Below, piece by piece: positions 27,800-38,092 of a stretch of DNA of 39,590 nt. The stretch's first letter is position 1, and each line of letters opens with the position of its first letter. The notes beneath the pieces are model-generated. The model made no database searches, had not been told where the DNA came from, and worked only from the letters and a program-made list of their open reading frames with translations. Source of the stretch: a virus. Its lineage: Duplodnaviria > Caudoviricetes. The position numbers and the translations under genes are program-made. Where the stretch lies: the IMG/VR virus record IMGVR_UViG_3300032234_001100, positions 1 to 39,590 of that record, one strand, 5' to 3'.

Positions 27800-28216
27800 A
27801 TGTTTGACATCACCACACTCGCTGCAACCGACACGTCCACCTTGGAACTGGTCGGCGGCGATGACGCCCCGCTCTTTGACGACAAAGGCAAGCGGCTGAC
27901 GATCACGGTCTATGGCCCCGGCACCAAGGTCTATCAGCGCGCCCAGCAGCGCCAGCAAAACCAGCTGATGGACAAGATCAAGAAGCGCGGGAAGATGGAC
28001 CAGACCGCCGAGGAGAAGCTTGCCGAACAGGCTGATTTCCTCGCCGCTTGCACGGTCAGCTTCAACGGCTTTGCCTATCCGCCGGCTGACGGCCTCGAAG
28101 GCCAGGAACTGTTTCGCAAGGCCTATGCCGATCCATCGATCGGGTTCATCGCCACGCAGGTCGCCGCTCACATCAATGACTGGGCAAATTTTACGAAGAG
28201 CTCAGGGCAGAGCTGA
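27800..28216 (+). CDS. Tail assembly chaperone (G-like)
   Basis: AAGGA RBS; located before tape measure; ends with slippery heptamer. Confidence 0.8.
   Translation: MFDITTLAATDTSTLELVGGDDAPLFDDKGKRLTITVYGPGTKVYQRAQQRQQNQLMDKIKKRGKMDQTAEEKLAEQADFLAACTVSFNGFAYPPADGLEGQELFRKAYADPSIGFIATQVAAHINDWANFTKSSGQS
28186..28192 (+). other. Programmed -1 frameshift site A AAT TTT
   Basis: X XXY YYZ heptamer in correct phase; the -1 frame is open (YEELRAELSLYVRQLAW) into ORF 28225-28671. Confidence 0.82.
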
Positions 28217-28224
28217 GCCTTTAT

Positions 28225-28671
28225 GTGCGACAACTGGCGTGGCTGGGCACCGCGCCCAAGCCGCGCACTGGAAAAACGCCAAAGCCTGATCCGGAAAGCG
28301 AACCGCTGACCCGCCTGCAGCGAATGGCCATCGACGACCTTGCTCCGGACTTTCCACCCATCCGCACCCCTTGGGTGATCGACTGGCTCATGGAAGTCGG
28401 CCCCACCGATCCCGGCGCGATGGGCGCAGTCCCCATCTCCTGGGCCACGATTGGCGAGTGGCAGCACTGCATGGGGCTCGATCTGCCTCCGTGGCTGGTC
28501 CGCCTCTTGCGACGGCTTTCTGTCGAATTCGTCGCTGAAACCGTCCGCGCCCGCGAGCCGGATTGCACGCCTCCTTGGACTGCCACGTCCGTCCTCAACC
28601 GAGATGAAGTCTCCCGGAAAGTGACCAACGCCTTCCGGGCGCTGATGATGTCGAAGGAGCCCAGCACGTGA
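28225..28671 (+). CDS. Tail assembly chaperone T segment (GT fusion)
   Basis: In -1 frame to the upstream chaperone; overlaps tape measure start. Confidence 0.75.
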   Translation: MRQLAWLGTAPKPRTGKTPKPDPESEPLTRLQRMAIDDLAPDFPPIRTPWVIDWLMEVGPTDPGAMGAVPISWATIGEWQHCMGLDLPPWLVRLLRRLSVEFVAETVRAREPDCTPPWTATSVLNRDEVSRKVTNAFRALMMSKEPST

Positions 28672-31600
28672 AAGCAGGCACCCTCGAAATTGAAATGATC
28701 ACCAACGTCGCCCGGCTCCAAAAGGAGATGGCCGACATGAAGCGCACGGTGGCAGGCGCGATGGGCGATATGGCGGACAGCGCCTCGCGTGCTGACCGGG
28801 CGCTCAATGCGGTCGGAGGCGGCGGTGTCACGCGCATGGGCGGCTCGGCGAAGCTTGCCGGGCATCATGTCCAGAACCTCGTCTTTCAGCTCAACGACAT
28901 GGTGGTCGGCCTGTTCTCCGGCCAGAAACCCATGACCGTGTTCATGCAGCAGGGCACGCAGATCGGGCAGATCGCAATGCAGGCTGGTGTCGGCATCGGC
29001 GGCATGGCCCGGGCATTGCTGGGGCTTGCCGCCAGTGCTGCCGCTGCCGCACTGACCAACCCTTATCTTCTCGCAGCCGCTGCTGCCGCTGTACTCGCGT
29101 TCGGCGCATTCAAGCTGTTCCAGTCGAGCGTCAAACAGACGGGCGAGCTCGACCGCTATGCGCAAAGCCTCGGCCTCACCAAAAAGGAAATGGAAAAGCT
29201 GGAGCCTGTCGGGATCACCGTCGGCGACACCATGAAGGGGCTGTGGAAGACCGTCTCGGATGGGCTCAACCTGGGCTCGGTATTCTCGACCCTCAAGGAT
29301 TGGGCGGTCACGGCCTTTGAGGCTGTTTTGACTGCTGGCAAATACGCCGTCGCCATTCTCTATGCAGGCTGGGTTGGCGGGTTCAATGCGATCCGCGTGA
29401 CTTGGGCTGCACTGCCCGGCGTTGTTGGGGAAGCAGCCGTCGGAGCCGCCAATCTCGCGATAAGCGGAATCGAATACCTCGCCAACAAAGCGATCGCAGC
29501 CCTCAACTGGCTCGCCGAATGGGTGAACCCGGTGCTCGATCGAGTGGGCCTTGCCACCATCACCCGGATTGAGAGCGTTGCTCTGCCGCGCATGGAGAGC
29601 AGCTTTGCCGGCTCGACTACCCGCATGGGCGCACAGGTTCGCGATGAATTCGCGTCTGCTTTTGGCGATGCGATGAGCATGATGGACGCCTTTTCAGCAC
29701 GGTGGCGGGAAAACAGCATCGCTGCTGCCAAGGCACGGCTTGCCGCCAAGGCGGAAGAGATCCGCGGCGACAGCACTGACCGTGCCAGCAGCGCCAAAGG
29801 CCCGAAGGAAACTGAAGCCGAACGCGCGCTCCAGGCCGCCCGGGACTTTGCCGCCAATCTAGCGCTTGAGACCGCCAAGATCGGCAAGACACCGATCGAG
29901 ATCAAGCGGATGGAAGTCGCCATGGCCGCACTCAAGGCGCCGACAGACGAAGCGCGTATTGCCATACTCGAAGCCGGCGAAGCCTGGGAACAGGCGACGC
30001 GCGCTTTCGCGACCTCTGAGTTCCTGCGCCAGACGGTCGGCCCGCTTGAACAGCAGGTCGCTCTGCTTGGCCAATCGGCCCGGGCGCAGGCACTCGCCAA
30101 TCTCGAAGCCGAGCGCGAACAGATCGTGCTCGAGCGCGGGGTTGAAGCCTGGGAGCGGTATCGGGCAGCACGGATCCGGCTGATGGAAGCAGACTTTGCA
30201 CAAAGCGGTCAGGAACAGTTCCTCCAAAGCCTGGAAGACATGGTCTCGGCCACCGAGGCAGCGGCCCAGAACATGGCCGATGCCTTCGGTTCGGTCGGCG
30301 GGGCAATTGGTGCGATTACGGTCGAGATCACCCGTTTTGCCTCGGCGCAGGTGGCTGCGGCCCAGCGCGTGGCTGAGGCCGAGCGCGAATATGGACGCAC
30401 TTCATTCGAGTATGCCGACGCGCGTGCCGCGCAGGCATCGGCCGAGATCAATCACTATGGCAATCTCGCCTCGGCCGCGAAGGGCTTCTTCAAAGAGGGC
30501 TCGGACGGGTACAAGGCGCTGCTTGCCGCTGAGAAGGTGTTCCGCGCCTTCGAACTGGCGGTCGCGATCAAGAATGCCGCAGTCAAAATCGGCCTGATCG
30601 GTGCGCAAACGGCGGCCAAGGTCACCAGCGACACTGCCATGGCGGCATCTGACACCGCTCGTGCTGGCGTCGAACAGGGCAACTCGATCATTACGACCGG
30701 CATCAAGGCGGTGGAGGCCGTGGTGAACGCCATCCGCTCACTGCCGTTCCCGCTCAACATTGCGGCCGGCGCCATCACGGCCGGTGTCATTGCCTCGCTC
30801 GGTGTCGCGATCAGCGGCGCCTTTGGCGGTTCGCCAAAACTGCCCGCTGCCAATGATGGCACCGGCACAGTATTCGGGGACAGCACGGCCGTCTCGACAA
30901 GCATTGCCAAAGCGATCGATCATCTGCGCGAGGTGGACACGCTGACCATGCTTTACTCCGCCGCCATGCTGGCTTCCTTGCGCAACATCGAGGCCAATAT
31001 CGGCGGGCTCACCAATCTCATCATCCGCACCAATGGCGCTGAGACTTCCGCTGCAGGTGTAAACACCGGCTACCAGCCCACGGGCGTGACCGGCCTCATC
31101 GGCAGGGGACTGGAAGGCGTCGGCTCGGTTCTGAACAAGATCCCCATCATCGGCGGCATTCTGGGCGGTCTGGTCGGGCTCGTCGGCAAGGCGTTCGGCG
31201 CACTGTTCGGCAGCAAGACCACGATTACGGGGCAGGGCATCTTTGGGCGCGGCCAGTCGCTGGCCGACATCCTCTCCGGCGGGTTTGACGCGAGCTATTA
31301 CACCGACGTCAAGAAGACCAAGAAGTTCCTCGGGATCAGCATGGGCTCGAGTTACGGGGGCCAATATTCTGCCGCTGATGCTGAGCTCGAACGCCAATTC
31401 GCGCTGATCTTTTCCGGTTTCTATGATGCGATCTCGGCCGCAGCCGATCCGCTGGGCTTGTCGCTGAGCGACGTTCAAACCCGTCTGCAGAGTTTCGTCG
31501 TCAACATCGGCAAGATCGATCTGAAGGGTCTGACCGGCGCTGAAATCCAGGAAAAGCTTACCGCTGTCTTTGGCGCAGCGGCCGACAATCTCGCCAAGTA

Positions 31601-32795
31601 CGCGATCCCCGGGCTCGAGCAGTTCAGACAAGTCGGCGAAGGCTATTTCGAGACGCTGATCCGTGTTGCCTCCAGTGTCGAGGCGGTGAGTTCCTCGCTC
31701 AGCCTGCTCGGCACCTCGGTCGAGGATTTGAGCCTTGCGGCGAAGATGAACCTGTTCGACCTGTTCGGTTCGGCCGGTGACATGACTTCGGCGACGAGCG
31801 AGTATTTTACGCTCTATTACAGCAAGGCGGAACAGGCGTCGGCCCAGACCGCGCAGATGGCCCGGGTGTTCGAGAGCCTTGGGCTTGGGCTGCCGCAAAG
31901 CATCGCAGGCTTCCGGGCGCTCGTCGAAGCGCAGGACCTGACCACCGAGGCTGGCCGCGCGGCCTATGTTACCCTGATCCAGCTGGCGCCCGCCTTTGCT
32001 GAGCTCATTGGCGCGGCCCAGGACGCAGCCAGTGCGGCCGCCATCGCGGATGAACGCCTGTCGCTCGAACGCCAGCTGCTCGAGGTTCAGGGCAATAGCG
32101 CGGCGCTTCGGGCGCTCGATCTGGCCCAGATCGACGAGAGCAACCGTGCGCTGCAGCAGCAGATCTGGGCGCTGCAGGACCAGCAAAAGGCAGCTGATGA
32201 GGCTGCCGCCGCGGCCGAAAAGCTGCGCTCGGCCTGGGAGAGCATTACCGACAGCCTGTTGTCCGAGGTTGCCCGCATCCGTGGGGGCATGGGCAGCGGC
32301 ACAAAAACCTACGCGCAGGCTTTGTCCGAGTTCAACGCTACCACTCTTGCCGCCCGGGCCGGTGATCAGGAGGCGGCCAGGTTGCTGCCTGGCCTCAGCC
32401 AAAGCCTGCTGACGGTGGCGGCCGATGCGGCCACCTCGGCACAGGAACTGGCGCGCATTCAGGGTCAGACCGCTGCCAGCCTCGAGCAGACCGTCGCGAT
32501 CATCAACGGGATAGCCGGGCTTCCAACCGATGCTGCGGCGGCTGCCGCAGCGAGCACACCCACCTGGTGGGAGCAGTTCGCCTCCAATCAGTCGGCGTCA
32601 GTGTCTTTGCCGGCCAATGACAGCGCCACGGTGCTGGTCGACGGGCTCATCGCGCTCCGTCAGGAGCTCGCCGACCTGCGCGGTGAACAGCGGATTGCCT
32701 CGGCTACGATCGCTTCGGGCACCAGCAAGACGGCCCGCATCCTCGAACGGGTGTCGCCAGATGGCGATGCGCTCACGGTGAGGTCGGCGGCATGA
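28668..32795 (+). CDS. Tail tape measure protein
   Basis: 1375 aa, Ala-rich helical; lambda-H-like motif QLNDM...GQKPMTVFMQQGTQI. Confidence 0.92.
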   Translation: MKAGTLEIEMITNVARLQKEMADMKRTVAGAMGDMADSASRADRALNAVGGGGVTRMGGSAKLAGHHVQNLVFQLNDMVVGLFSGQKPMTVFMQQGTQIGQIAMQAGVGIGGMARALLGLAASAAAAALTNPYLLAAAAAAVLAFGAFKLFQSSVKQTGELDRYAQSLGLTKKEMEKLEPVGITVGDTMKGLWKTVSDGLNLGSVFSTLKDWAVTAFEAVLTAGKYAVAILYAGWVGGFNAIRVTWAALPGVVGEAAVGAANLAISGIEYLANKAIAALNWLAEWVNPVLDRVGLATITRIESVALPRMESSFAGSTTRMGAQVRDEFASAFGDAMSMMDAFSARWRENSIAAAKARLAAKAEEIRGDSTDRASSAKGPKETEAERALQAARDFAANLALETAKIGKTPIEIKRMEVAMAALKAPTDEARIAILEAGEAWEQATRAFATSEFLRQTVGPLEQQVALLGQSARAQALANLEAEREQIVLERGVEAWERYRAARIRLMEADFAQSGQEQFLQSLEDMVSATEAAAQNMADAFGSVGGAIGAITVEITRFASAQVAAAQRVAEAEREYGRTSFEYADARAAQASAEINHYGNLASAAKGFFKEGSDGYKALLAAEKVFRAFELAVAIKNAAVKIGLIGAQTAAKVTSDTAMAASDTARAGVEQGNSIITTGIKAVEAVVNAIRSLPFPLNIAAGAITAGVIASLGVAISGAFGGSPKLPAANDGTGTVFGDSTAVSTSIAKAIDHLREVDTLTMLYSAAMLASLRNIEANIGGLTNLIIRTNGAETSAAGVNTGYQPTGVTGLIGRGLEGVGSVLNKIPIIGGILGGLVGLVGKAFGALFGSKTTITGQGIFGRGQSLADILSGGFDASYYTDVKKTKKFLGISMGSSYGGQYSAADAELERQFALIFSGFYDAISAAADPLGLSLSDVQTRLQSFVVNIGKIDLKGLTGAEIQEKLTAVFGAAADNLAKYAIPGLEQFRQVGEGYFETLIRVASSVEAVSSSLSLLGTSVEDLSLAAKMNLFDLFGSAGDMTSATSEYFTLYYSKAEQASAQTAQMARVFESLGLGLPQSIAGFRALVEAQDLTTEAGRAAYVTLIQLAPAFAELIGAAQDAASAAAIADERLSLERQLLEVQGNSAALRALDLAQIDESNRALQQQIWALQDQQKAADEAAAAAEKLRSAWESITDSLLSEVARIRGGMGSGTKTYAQALSEFNATTLAARAGDQEAARLLPGLSQSLLTVAADAATSAQELARIQGQTAASLEQTVAIINGIAGLPTDAAAAAAASTPTWWEQFASNQSASVSLPANDSATVLVDGLIALRQELADLRGEQRIASATIASGTSKTARILERVSPDGDALTVRSAA

Positions 32796-33685
32796 AGCTA
32801 ATCCGGCCTACTATGCTTTCCGATGATAATTTGATTAGTAGCACAGCCCCGGAGAATGACCACCCGGTCTGGGCCTCCGACACTGCCTATACGGTAGGGG
32901 CTCAGGTGATCTTGGCTTCAACGCATCGGCGGTATGAGGCGCTGGCGGCATCAATTGGAGTTGATCCGGCGATTGATCCTACAAAATGGATCGATCTCGG
33001 GCCCACCAATCGCTGGGCTATGTTCGATAACCGGGTTGGCACTGCAACGATCCGCAGCGGCGGACTGCAAGTCGTTCTGGCACCAGGTGCCACCGACAGC
33101 ATCGCACTGATTGATACGGATGCTGAGAGCGCCCGGGTCACGCTTACGGTAGCCGGCACGCAAATTTACGATCGCACCCAAAGTTTTAATGCCGGCGGGA
33201 ATGCCATTGATAGCTGGTTTACCTGGTTCTTCGAACCGCTGGGTAAGAAAAACAGCCTGCTGTTCCTTGATGTCCCAGTCTACGAGACTGGGGTGCTGAC
33301 CGTCAGTATGACGCGCGATAACTCGGAAGATCTGGTCTCCTGTGGAGCGCTTCTGGTGGGCCGCCAGTTCGATATAGGTGAGACCGAGCACGGCGCAGAC
33401 GTCGGGATCATCGATTATTCGAGGAAAGAGACCGACCAGTTCGGCGTGACCTCGGTGGTAGAGCGCGCCTTTGCCAAGCGGATGACGGCCCGGGTTGTCA
33501 TGCAAACCTCGGCAATTGATGATGTTCACCGAACGCTGGCCGCCATCCGAGCAACACCGGTCCTGTGGATTGGCTCGGAGAGCTTCGAGAGCCTCACCGT
33601 ATTCGGCTTTTACAAAGAGTTCGCAATCGACCTTGCCTATCCGACGGTCAGCTACTGTAGCCTCACCATTGAAGGGCTGACCTGA
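32792..33685 (+). CDS. Tail tip / distal tail protein
   Basis: Follows tape measure; PTNRWAMFD, GIIDYSRKETDQFG. Confidence 0.7.
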   Translation: MKLIRPTMLSDDNLISSTAPENDHPVWASDTAYTVGAQVILASTHRRYEALAASIGVDPAIDPTKWIDLGPTNRWAMFDNRVGTATIRSGGLQVVLAPGATDSIALIDTDAESARVTLTVAGTQIYDRTQSFNAGGNAIDSWFTWFFEPLGKKNSLLFLDVPVYETGVLTVSMTRDNSEDLVSCGALLVGRQFDIGETEHGADVGIIDYSRKETDQFGVTSVVERAFAKRMTARVVMQTSAIDDVHRTLAAIRATPVLWIGSESFESLTVFGFYKEFAIDLAYPTVSYCSLTIEGLT

Positions 33686-33731
33686 TCTTTCTGGCCTGAT
33701 CCTCACTGCCTTTTCAAACTGAAGGTATTCC

Positions 33732-34877
33732 ATGCCGATAACTGCTTTGCCGGCGCCGCCCAGCCGGGCGGACGCGACGAATTTCAACGCGCGCGCTGAC
33801 GCCTTTCTGTCTGCGCTCCCAACTTTCGCCAACGAGGCAAATTCGCTCGCCAGCGAAGTGAACGGCTATGCCAGTAATGCGGCGGCAAGCGCTGCAACGG
33901 CCACTAATGCGCCCGGCACCAGTGCCACCAGCACAACCTCGCTGGCAATTGGCACCGGATCCAAATCGCTGACTGTCCAGACGGCAAAGGCCTTTGTGGT
34001 TGGCCAATGGGTCACTGTCACCAGCACGGCTGCGCCAGCAAACTGGATGCATGGTCAGATTACTGGTTATACCAGTGGGACCGGCGCGCTTGTCGTCAAT
34101 GTCTCGGCGATCGGCGGCAGCGGAACCTATGCGGCCTGGACGATTGGTCTGAGCGCCCCGGCCCAATCCAGCGCAGCGCTGCTTTCCACATCGAGCTATG
34201 CCGATCCTGACTGGCTGACGTCGCTCTCCGCCTCCAAGCTCACCGGCACGGTGCTCGTTGCTGGCGGCGGCACTGGCGGAACCACCGGGGTTGAAGCCCG
34301 TGCCAATCTTGATCTGCCCTCTCGAAGCGGTGTGGGCGCAACCGGCACCTGGGGCATTTCCATCAGCGGGAGTGCGGCAAGCGCCAGTACGGCAACGACC
34401 GCAACCGTTGCCGGGACGGCCAATGCCCTTAACACGGCGGGCAGTTATCAAGTTGGCTCGCTTGGTGTCGGTACACCTGCCTCCGGAATTTCTGGCGAGA
34501 TCCGTGCGATCGGCGACATAACCGCATATTTTGCGTCCGACGCGCGGCTCAAAGAGAATGTTCGCCCCATCGATGGTGCGCTGCGCGCTATTGGCGAGAT
34601 CGGCGGCAAGCTCTTTGACTGGCGCGACGAGCATATTGCCGCCCGGGGAGGCGAAGATGATCTCTTTGTGCGCAAAGCTGACTTCGGTGTGATCGCCCAA
34701 GATGTCGAGCAGGCCTTTCCGCTTGGCGTGCGCACCCGCCCTGATGGCCACATGGCTGTTGATTATGCCAAACTGACTGCACTTGCGTTCCAGGCGATTG
34801 TCGAACTCAAAGCCGAGCTTGACGCGCTGCGCTCGCAGGTGACGGCCCCAACCATCAAGGGGGCTGACCATGGCTGA
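33732..34877 (+). CDS. Tail fibre with C-terminal S74 intramolecular chaperone
   Basis: Ser/Thr/Gly-rich shaft; ITAYFASDARLKENV...GVIAQDVE...VDYAKL + coiled coil. Confidence 0.88.
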   Translation: MPITALPAPPSRADATNFNARADAFLSALPTFANEANSLASEVNGYASNAAASAATATNAPGTSATSTTSLAIGTGSKSLTVQTAKAFVVGQWVTVTSTAAPANWMHGQITGYTSGTGALVVNVSAIGGSGTYAAWTIGLSAPAQSSAALLSTSSYADPDWLTSLSASKLTGTVLVAGGGTGGTTGVEARANLDLPSRSGVGATGTWGISISGSAASASTATTATVAGTANALNTAGSYQVGSLGVGTPASGISGEIRAIGDITAYFASDARLKENVRPIDGALRAIGEIGGKLFDWRDEHIAARGGEDDLFVRKADFGVIAQDVEQAFPLGVRTRPDGHMAVDYAKLTALAFQAIVELKAELDALRSQVTAPTIKGADHG

Positions 34878-35085
34878 GCAAGACCCCGCCGTTGAAATGG
34901 CGCTGATCCGCGCTGACCTCGAAGCTGTCCAGGAAGAACTCAAGGCCGTGCGCAGGGAACTTAAGGACCTGCTCGATGCCTGGAATACTGCGACTGGCGT
35001 GGTCCGCTTCGTCAAATGGCTCTCGACCCTTGTGACCGCGCTCGCAGTGATATTTGCGGCCATCAAAGGCTTTTCCGGCCGCTAA
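34870..35085 (+). CDS. Putative holin-like membrane protein
   Basis: Coiled coil plus one C-terminal TM helix; directly before endolysin. Confidence 0.6.
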   Translation: MAEQDPAVEMALIRADLEAVQEELKAVRRELKDLLDAWNTATGVVRFVKWLSTLVTALAVIFAAIKGFSGR

Positions 35086-35102
35086 CCTCCAGGAGAATTC
35101 TC

Positions 35103-35639
35103 ATGAACCCTTTGCCTCTGGCCTATGGCTGGATCGATGACCTGCAGCCGCTGCCCAAGATGGTTGCAGAGGCGCGCAAACTATTCGGCACGGCTGAAGC
35201 CCAAGGGCCTGCCGATAATCCAGTGATCCTTGGCTGGGCCAAGGAGCTCGGGCTCGCCAAGGTTTACAACCATGACGAGATCCCGTGGTGCGGGCTCTTG
35301 GTAGCCATTGTCGCCAAGCGCGCTGGTAAAGCGCTGCCTAATCAACCTCTCTGGGCGCGCAACTGGGCAAAGTTCGGCAAGGCCGCTGACAAGGCCCAGC
35401 TAGGCGATGTGCTGGTATTCCGCCGCGGTCAGGGATGGGGTCATGTCGGGCTTTATGTCGGCGAAGATTACGGTGCCTACCATGTGCTCGGTGGCAACCA
35501 GTCTGATGGCGTGACCATCACCCGTATTGCCAAAGACCGCTGCATTGCGGTGCGCCGGCCCGCCTATCGCAAGGCGCCTGCGACTGTGAAGCCCGTGCAG
35601 CTTGCCGCCACCGGCACTCTCTCGACCAACGAGGCCTGA
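35103..35639 (+). CDS. Endolysin, TIGR02594 (NlpC/P60-like) family
   Basis: DEIPWCG, GDVLVFRR, GHVGLY, LGGNQSD; AGGAG RBS. Confidence 0.9.
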   Translation: MNPLPLAYGWIDDLQPLPKMVAEARKLFGTAEAQGPADNPVILGWAKELGLAKVYNHDEIPWCGLLVAIVAKRAGKALPNQPLWARNWAKFGKAADKAQLGDVLVFRRGQGWGHVGLYVGEDYGAYHVLGGNQSDGVTITRIAKDRCIAVRRPAYRKAPATVKPVQLAATGTLSTNEA

Positions 35640-35687
35640 GCAGGCTCGAGCCCTATCCGCTGCCGCCTTTGCGCAGTCGGACAACCA

Positions 35688-35711
35688 CCCGCCTCTGGCG
35701 GGCTTTCTTTT
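35688..35711 (+). terminator. Terminator-like hairpin
   Basis: CCCGCC-tct-GGCGGG then CTTTCTTTT. Confidence 0.55.
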
Positions 35712-35722
35712 GGAGAACTGAC

Positions 35723-35917
35723 ATGGAAGAATTGAAGCCCTGGTGGACCTCGAAGGCCATCTGGACCGGGATCATCGGCAGCATCTGGGGTGTCGCTGGC
35801 GCGATCGGCATTTTGCCGGAAGGCCTCAGCCAGGCGGACGTCCTGACCGTCGTCCTGGCGCTCATCGGCATTGGCGGCGTCCTGTTCCGCAAGACGGCAA
35901 CCACCCGGATCGGCTGA
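35723..35917 (+). CDS. Putative holin (two TM helices)
   Basis: MEELKPWWTSKAIW...; two hydrophobic segments; basic tail; GGAG RBS. Confidence 0.7.
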   Translation: MEELKPWWTSKAIWTGIIGSIWGVAGAIGILPEGLSQADVLTVVLALIGIGGVLFRKTATTRIG

Positions 35918-35982
35918 TCCCCATTGAGCCCTGCTGGCGGAGGTCTCGGCCTGCGCTCGCCCATTTTTAGGCAGGTGCAAAC

Positions 35983-36294
35983 ATGACCAGGCTGACCATC
36001 CGCCGTGGCGGCACTAAACGGCTGCGCGCCACGCTTTATGCCGATATTGCCGCAGGTGATCGGCGAGACCTAACCGCCATTTCGGCGCTTGTTGTCGACC
36101 AGAGTCCGAACATCGCGGTGCCAGCTATCACCATTCGCACGCCGCCAACTTCGGGCGAAATCGAAGTTCTGTGGAGTGATGAGCAGACAGCCAATCTCAA
36201 GCCAGGCGCTGGCCGGGTTTGGCTGATCATTGGCCTCGAAAACGGGGCAGGGGAGCGTGAGGTCTTGCCGGTCTTGACGTTCGATGTCGAATGA
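35983..36294 (+). CDS. Hypothetical structural adaptor (BppU-N-like)
   Basis: MTRLTIRRGGT...DLT...GEIEV.WS.EQT..L; first gene of second fibre cluster. Confidence 0.55.
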   Translation: MTRLTIRRGGTKRLRATLYADIAAGDRRDLTAISALVVDQSPNIAVPAITIRTPPTSGEIEVLWSDEQTANLKPGAGRVWLIIGLENGAGEREVLPVLTFDVE

Positions 36295-36551
36295 CCAGCA
36301 CCATCCAGATCCTCGAGACGGTGCAGACCATCGTCATCGAACCTCAGGGCATTGCTGGCCCGCGCGGTGAAACCGGCGCCACCGGTGCCCAAGGTCCTCA
36401 GGGACCGCCGGGCCCGCTTAGCACACTCAATGATCTGTCTGACGTCGACCTCACGCAGCCCGAAGGCGGCGATGTCCTGGTTTTTTCATCCCCCGACAAC
36501 CGGTGGACCAACACGAATTCGGCCAGGCTGGTCGATGGAGGTAATTTCTGA
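36291..36551 (+). CDS. Short collagen-like protein
   Basis: Eight Gly-X-Y triplets, LNDLSDV motif, C-terminal DGGNF. Confidence 0.75.
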   Translation: MTSTIQILETVQTIVIEPQGIAGPRGETGATGAQGPQGPPGPLSTLNDLSDVDLTQPEGGDVLVFSSPDNRWTNTNSARLVDGGNF

Positions 36552-38092
36552 TGGCCAATACTCTTCGTATCAAGCGCCGTGCTGCAGGTGGTGCGGCCGG
36601 GGCTCCGGCATCGCTCGCCAATGCCGAGCTCGCATTCAACGAGCAGGACAACACACTCTACTACGGCACCGGCACGGGAGGCGCTGGCGGCACGGCTACG
36701 TCGGTCATCGCCATCGGCGGCCCGGGCGCATTTGTCGGGATTTCAGGCGATCAGACGATCGTCGGGATCAAGACCTTCTCGAGCACGATTGCGGGTTCGA
36801 TCTCCGGCAATGCCGGGACTGCAACCGCGCTGGCAACGGCGCGTTCGCTTGGACTGTCCGGCGATGTAAGCGGCACGGCCTCGTTTAATGGCACCGCCAA
36901 TGCGACCATTGCTGCGACGCTCGCGAATAGTGGCGTCACCGCTGGCTCCTATGGTTCGGCGACACAGGTCGGCCAGGTCACGGTTGATGCCAAGGGCCGG
37001 GTCACGGCCGCCAGCAACGTCGCGATCACGTTCCCGGTAACTTCGGTTGCAGGGCGCACCGGTGCCATCACCCTTACCACGACAGACGTCTCGGAAGGCA
37101 CCAACCTCTACTATACCGACGTTCGGGTGCGTGCGAACCGCCTTGATCAGTTGGCAGCACCCACAGCCGCTGTGGCGCTGAACAGTCAGCGCATCACGGG
37201 TCTAGCCGACCCGACTGCAGCGCAGGATGCCGCCACCAAAAACTATGTTGATCTTACGGTTCAGGGCCTCGATCCCAAAGCGTCAGTGAAGGCTGCTTCG
37301 ACCGCTAACATCGCGTCCCTGTCAGGTACCATGACCATCGATGGAGTGGCCCTTGTTGCCGGCGACCGTGTGCTGGTGAAAGACCAGACGACCACTTCGG
37401 CTAACGGCGTCTATGTCGTGGCGGCAGGCGCTTGGGCTCGGGCGGATGATCTGTCGACCTGGATTGAGCATGTCTCGGCTTATCTGTTTGTCGAACAGGG
37501 GACTGTAAACGCGGACATCGGATATCTTTGTACTGCCGATGCCGGCGGCACGCTCGGCACAACAGCGATTGTCTTCGTCCAGTTCAATGGCGCAGGCCAG
37601 ATTGTTGCAGGGGCTGGTCTCACAAAGACCGGCAATACCATCGATGTGGGGGCGGGGACTGGCATCTCGGTTGCAGCTGACAGCATCGCTCTGACGGGGC
37701 AGGCCCTTGCGCTCCATAACCTGGCGACGAACGGCCTCGTCGTTCGGACGGCTGCGGACACAGTTACTGGACGGACGCTAACCGCTGGTTCCAACAAAAT
37801 CGTTGTCACCAATGGAGATGGCGTTGCCGGCAATCCGACGATCGACGTAAATGAAGCCAACCTCACGCTGGGCAATATTGGCGGCACGCTAGGCGTGGCG
37901 AAGGGCGGCTCGGGTGCGACCGCGCTTACCGGCTACCTCAAGGGCAATGGAACTTCGGCATTCACAGCGTCTGCAACCATTCCCAACACTGATATCTCCG
38001 GCCTCGGCACCATGTCGACCCAGGCGGCGAGCAATGTCGCGATTACCGGCGGCTTGATTGACGGGATCACGCTGGATGGTGGAACCTTTTGA
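36551..38092 (+). CDS. Phage fibre protein
   Basis: [38 protein letters not shown]...NGVY; C-terminal DGGTF. Confidence 0.85.
   Translation: MANTLRIKRRAAGGAAGAPASLANAELAFNEQDNTLYYGTGTGGAGGTATSVIAIGGPGAFVGISGDQTIVGIKTFSSTIAGSISGNAGTATALATARSLGLSGDVSGTASFNGTANATIAATLANSGVTAGSYGSATQVGQVTVDAKGRVTAASNVAITFPVTSVAGRTGAITLTTTDVSEGTNLYYTDVRVRANRLDQLAAPTAAVALNSQRITGLADPTAAQDAATKNYVDLTVQGLDPKASVKAASTANIASLSGTMTIDGVALVAGDRVLVKDQTTTSANGVYVVAAGAWARADDLSTWIEHVSAYLFVEQGTVNADIGYLCTADAGGTLGTTAIVFVQFNGAGQIVAGAGLTKTGNTIDVGAGTGISVAADSIALTGQALALHNLATNGLVVRTAADTVTGRTLTAGSNKIVVTNGDGVAGNPTIDVNEANLTLGNIGGTLGVAKGGSGATALTGYLKGNGTSAFTASATIPNTDISGLGTMSTQAASNVAITGGLIDGITLDGGTF

Noticed and set aside
30738-32402. 554-aa minus-strand ORF
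   Set aside because: Antisense shadow of the tape measure gene
18404-32795. Gene transfer agent
   Set aside because: Repressor, replication genes, HNH/P27 terminase and a long tape measure indicate a true prophage
33714-35066. 450-aa minus-strand ORF
   Set aside because: Antisense shadow of the tail fibre gene
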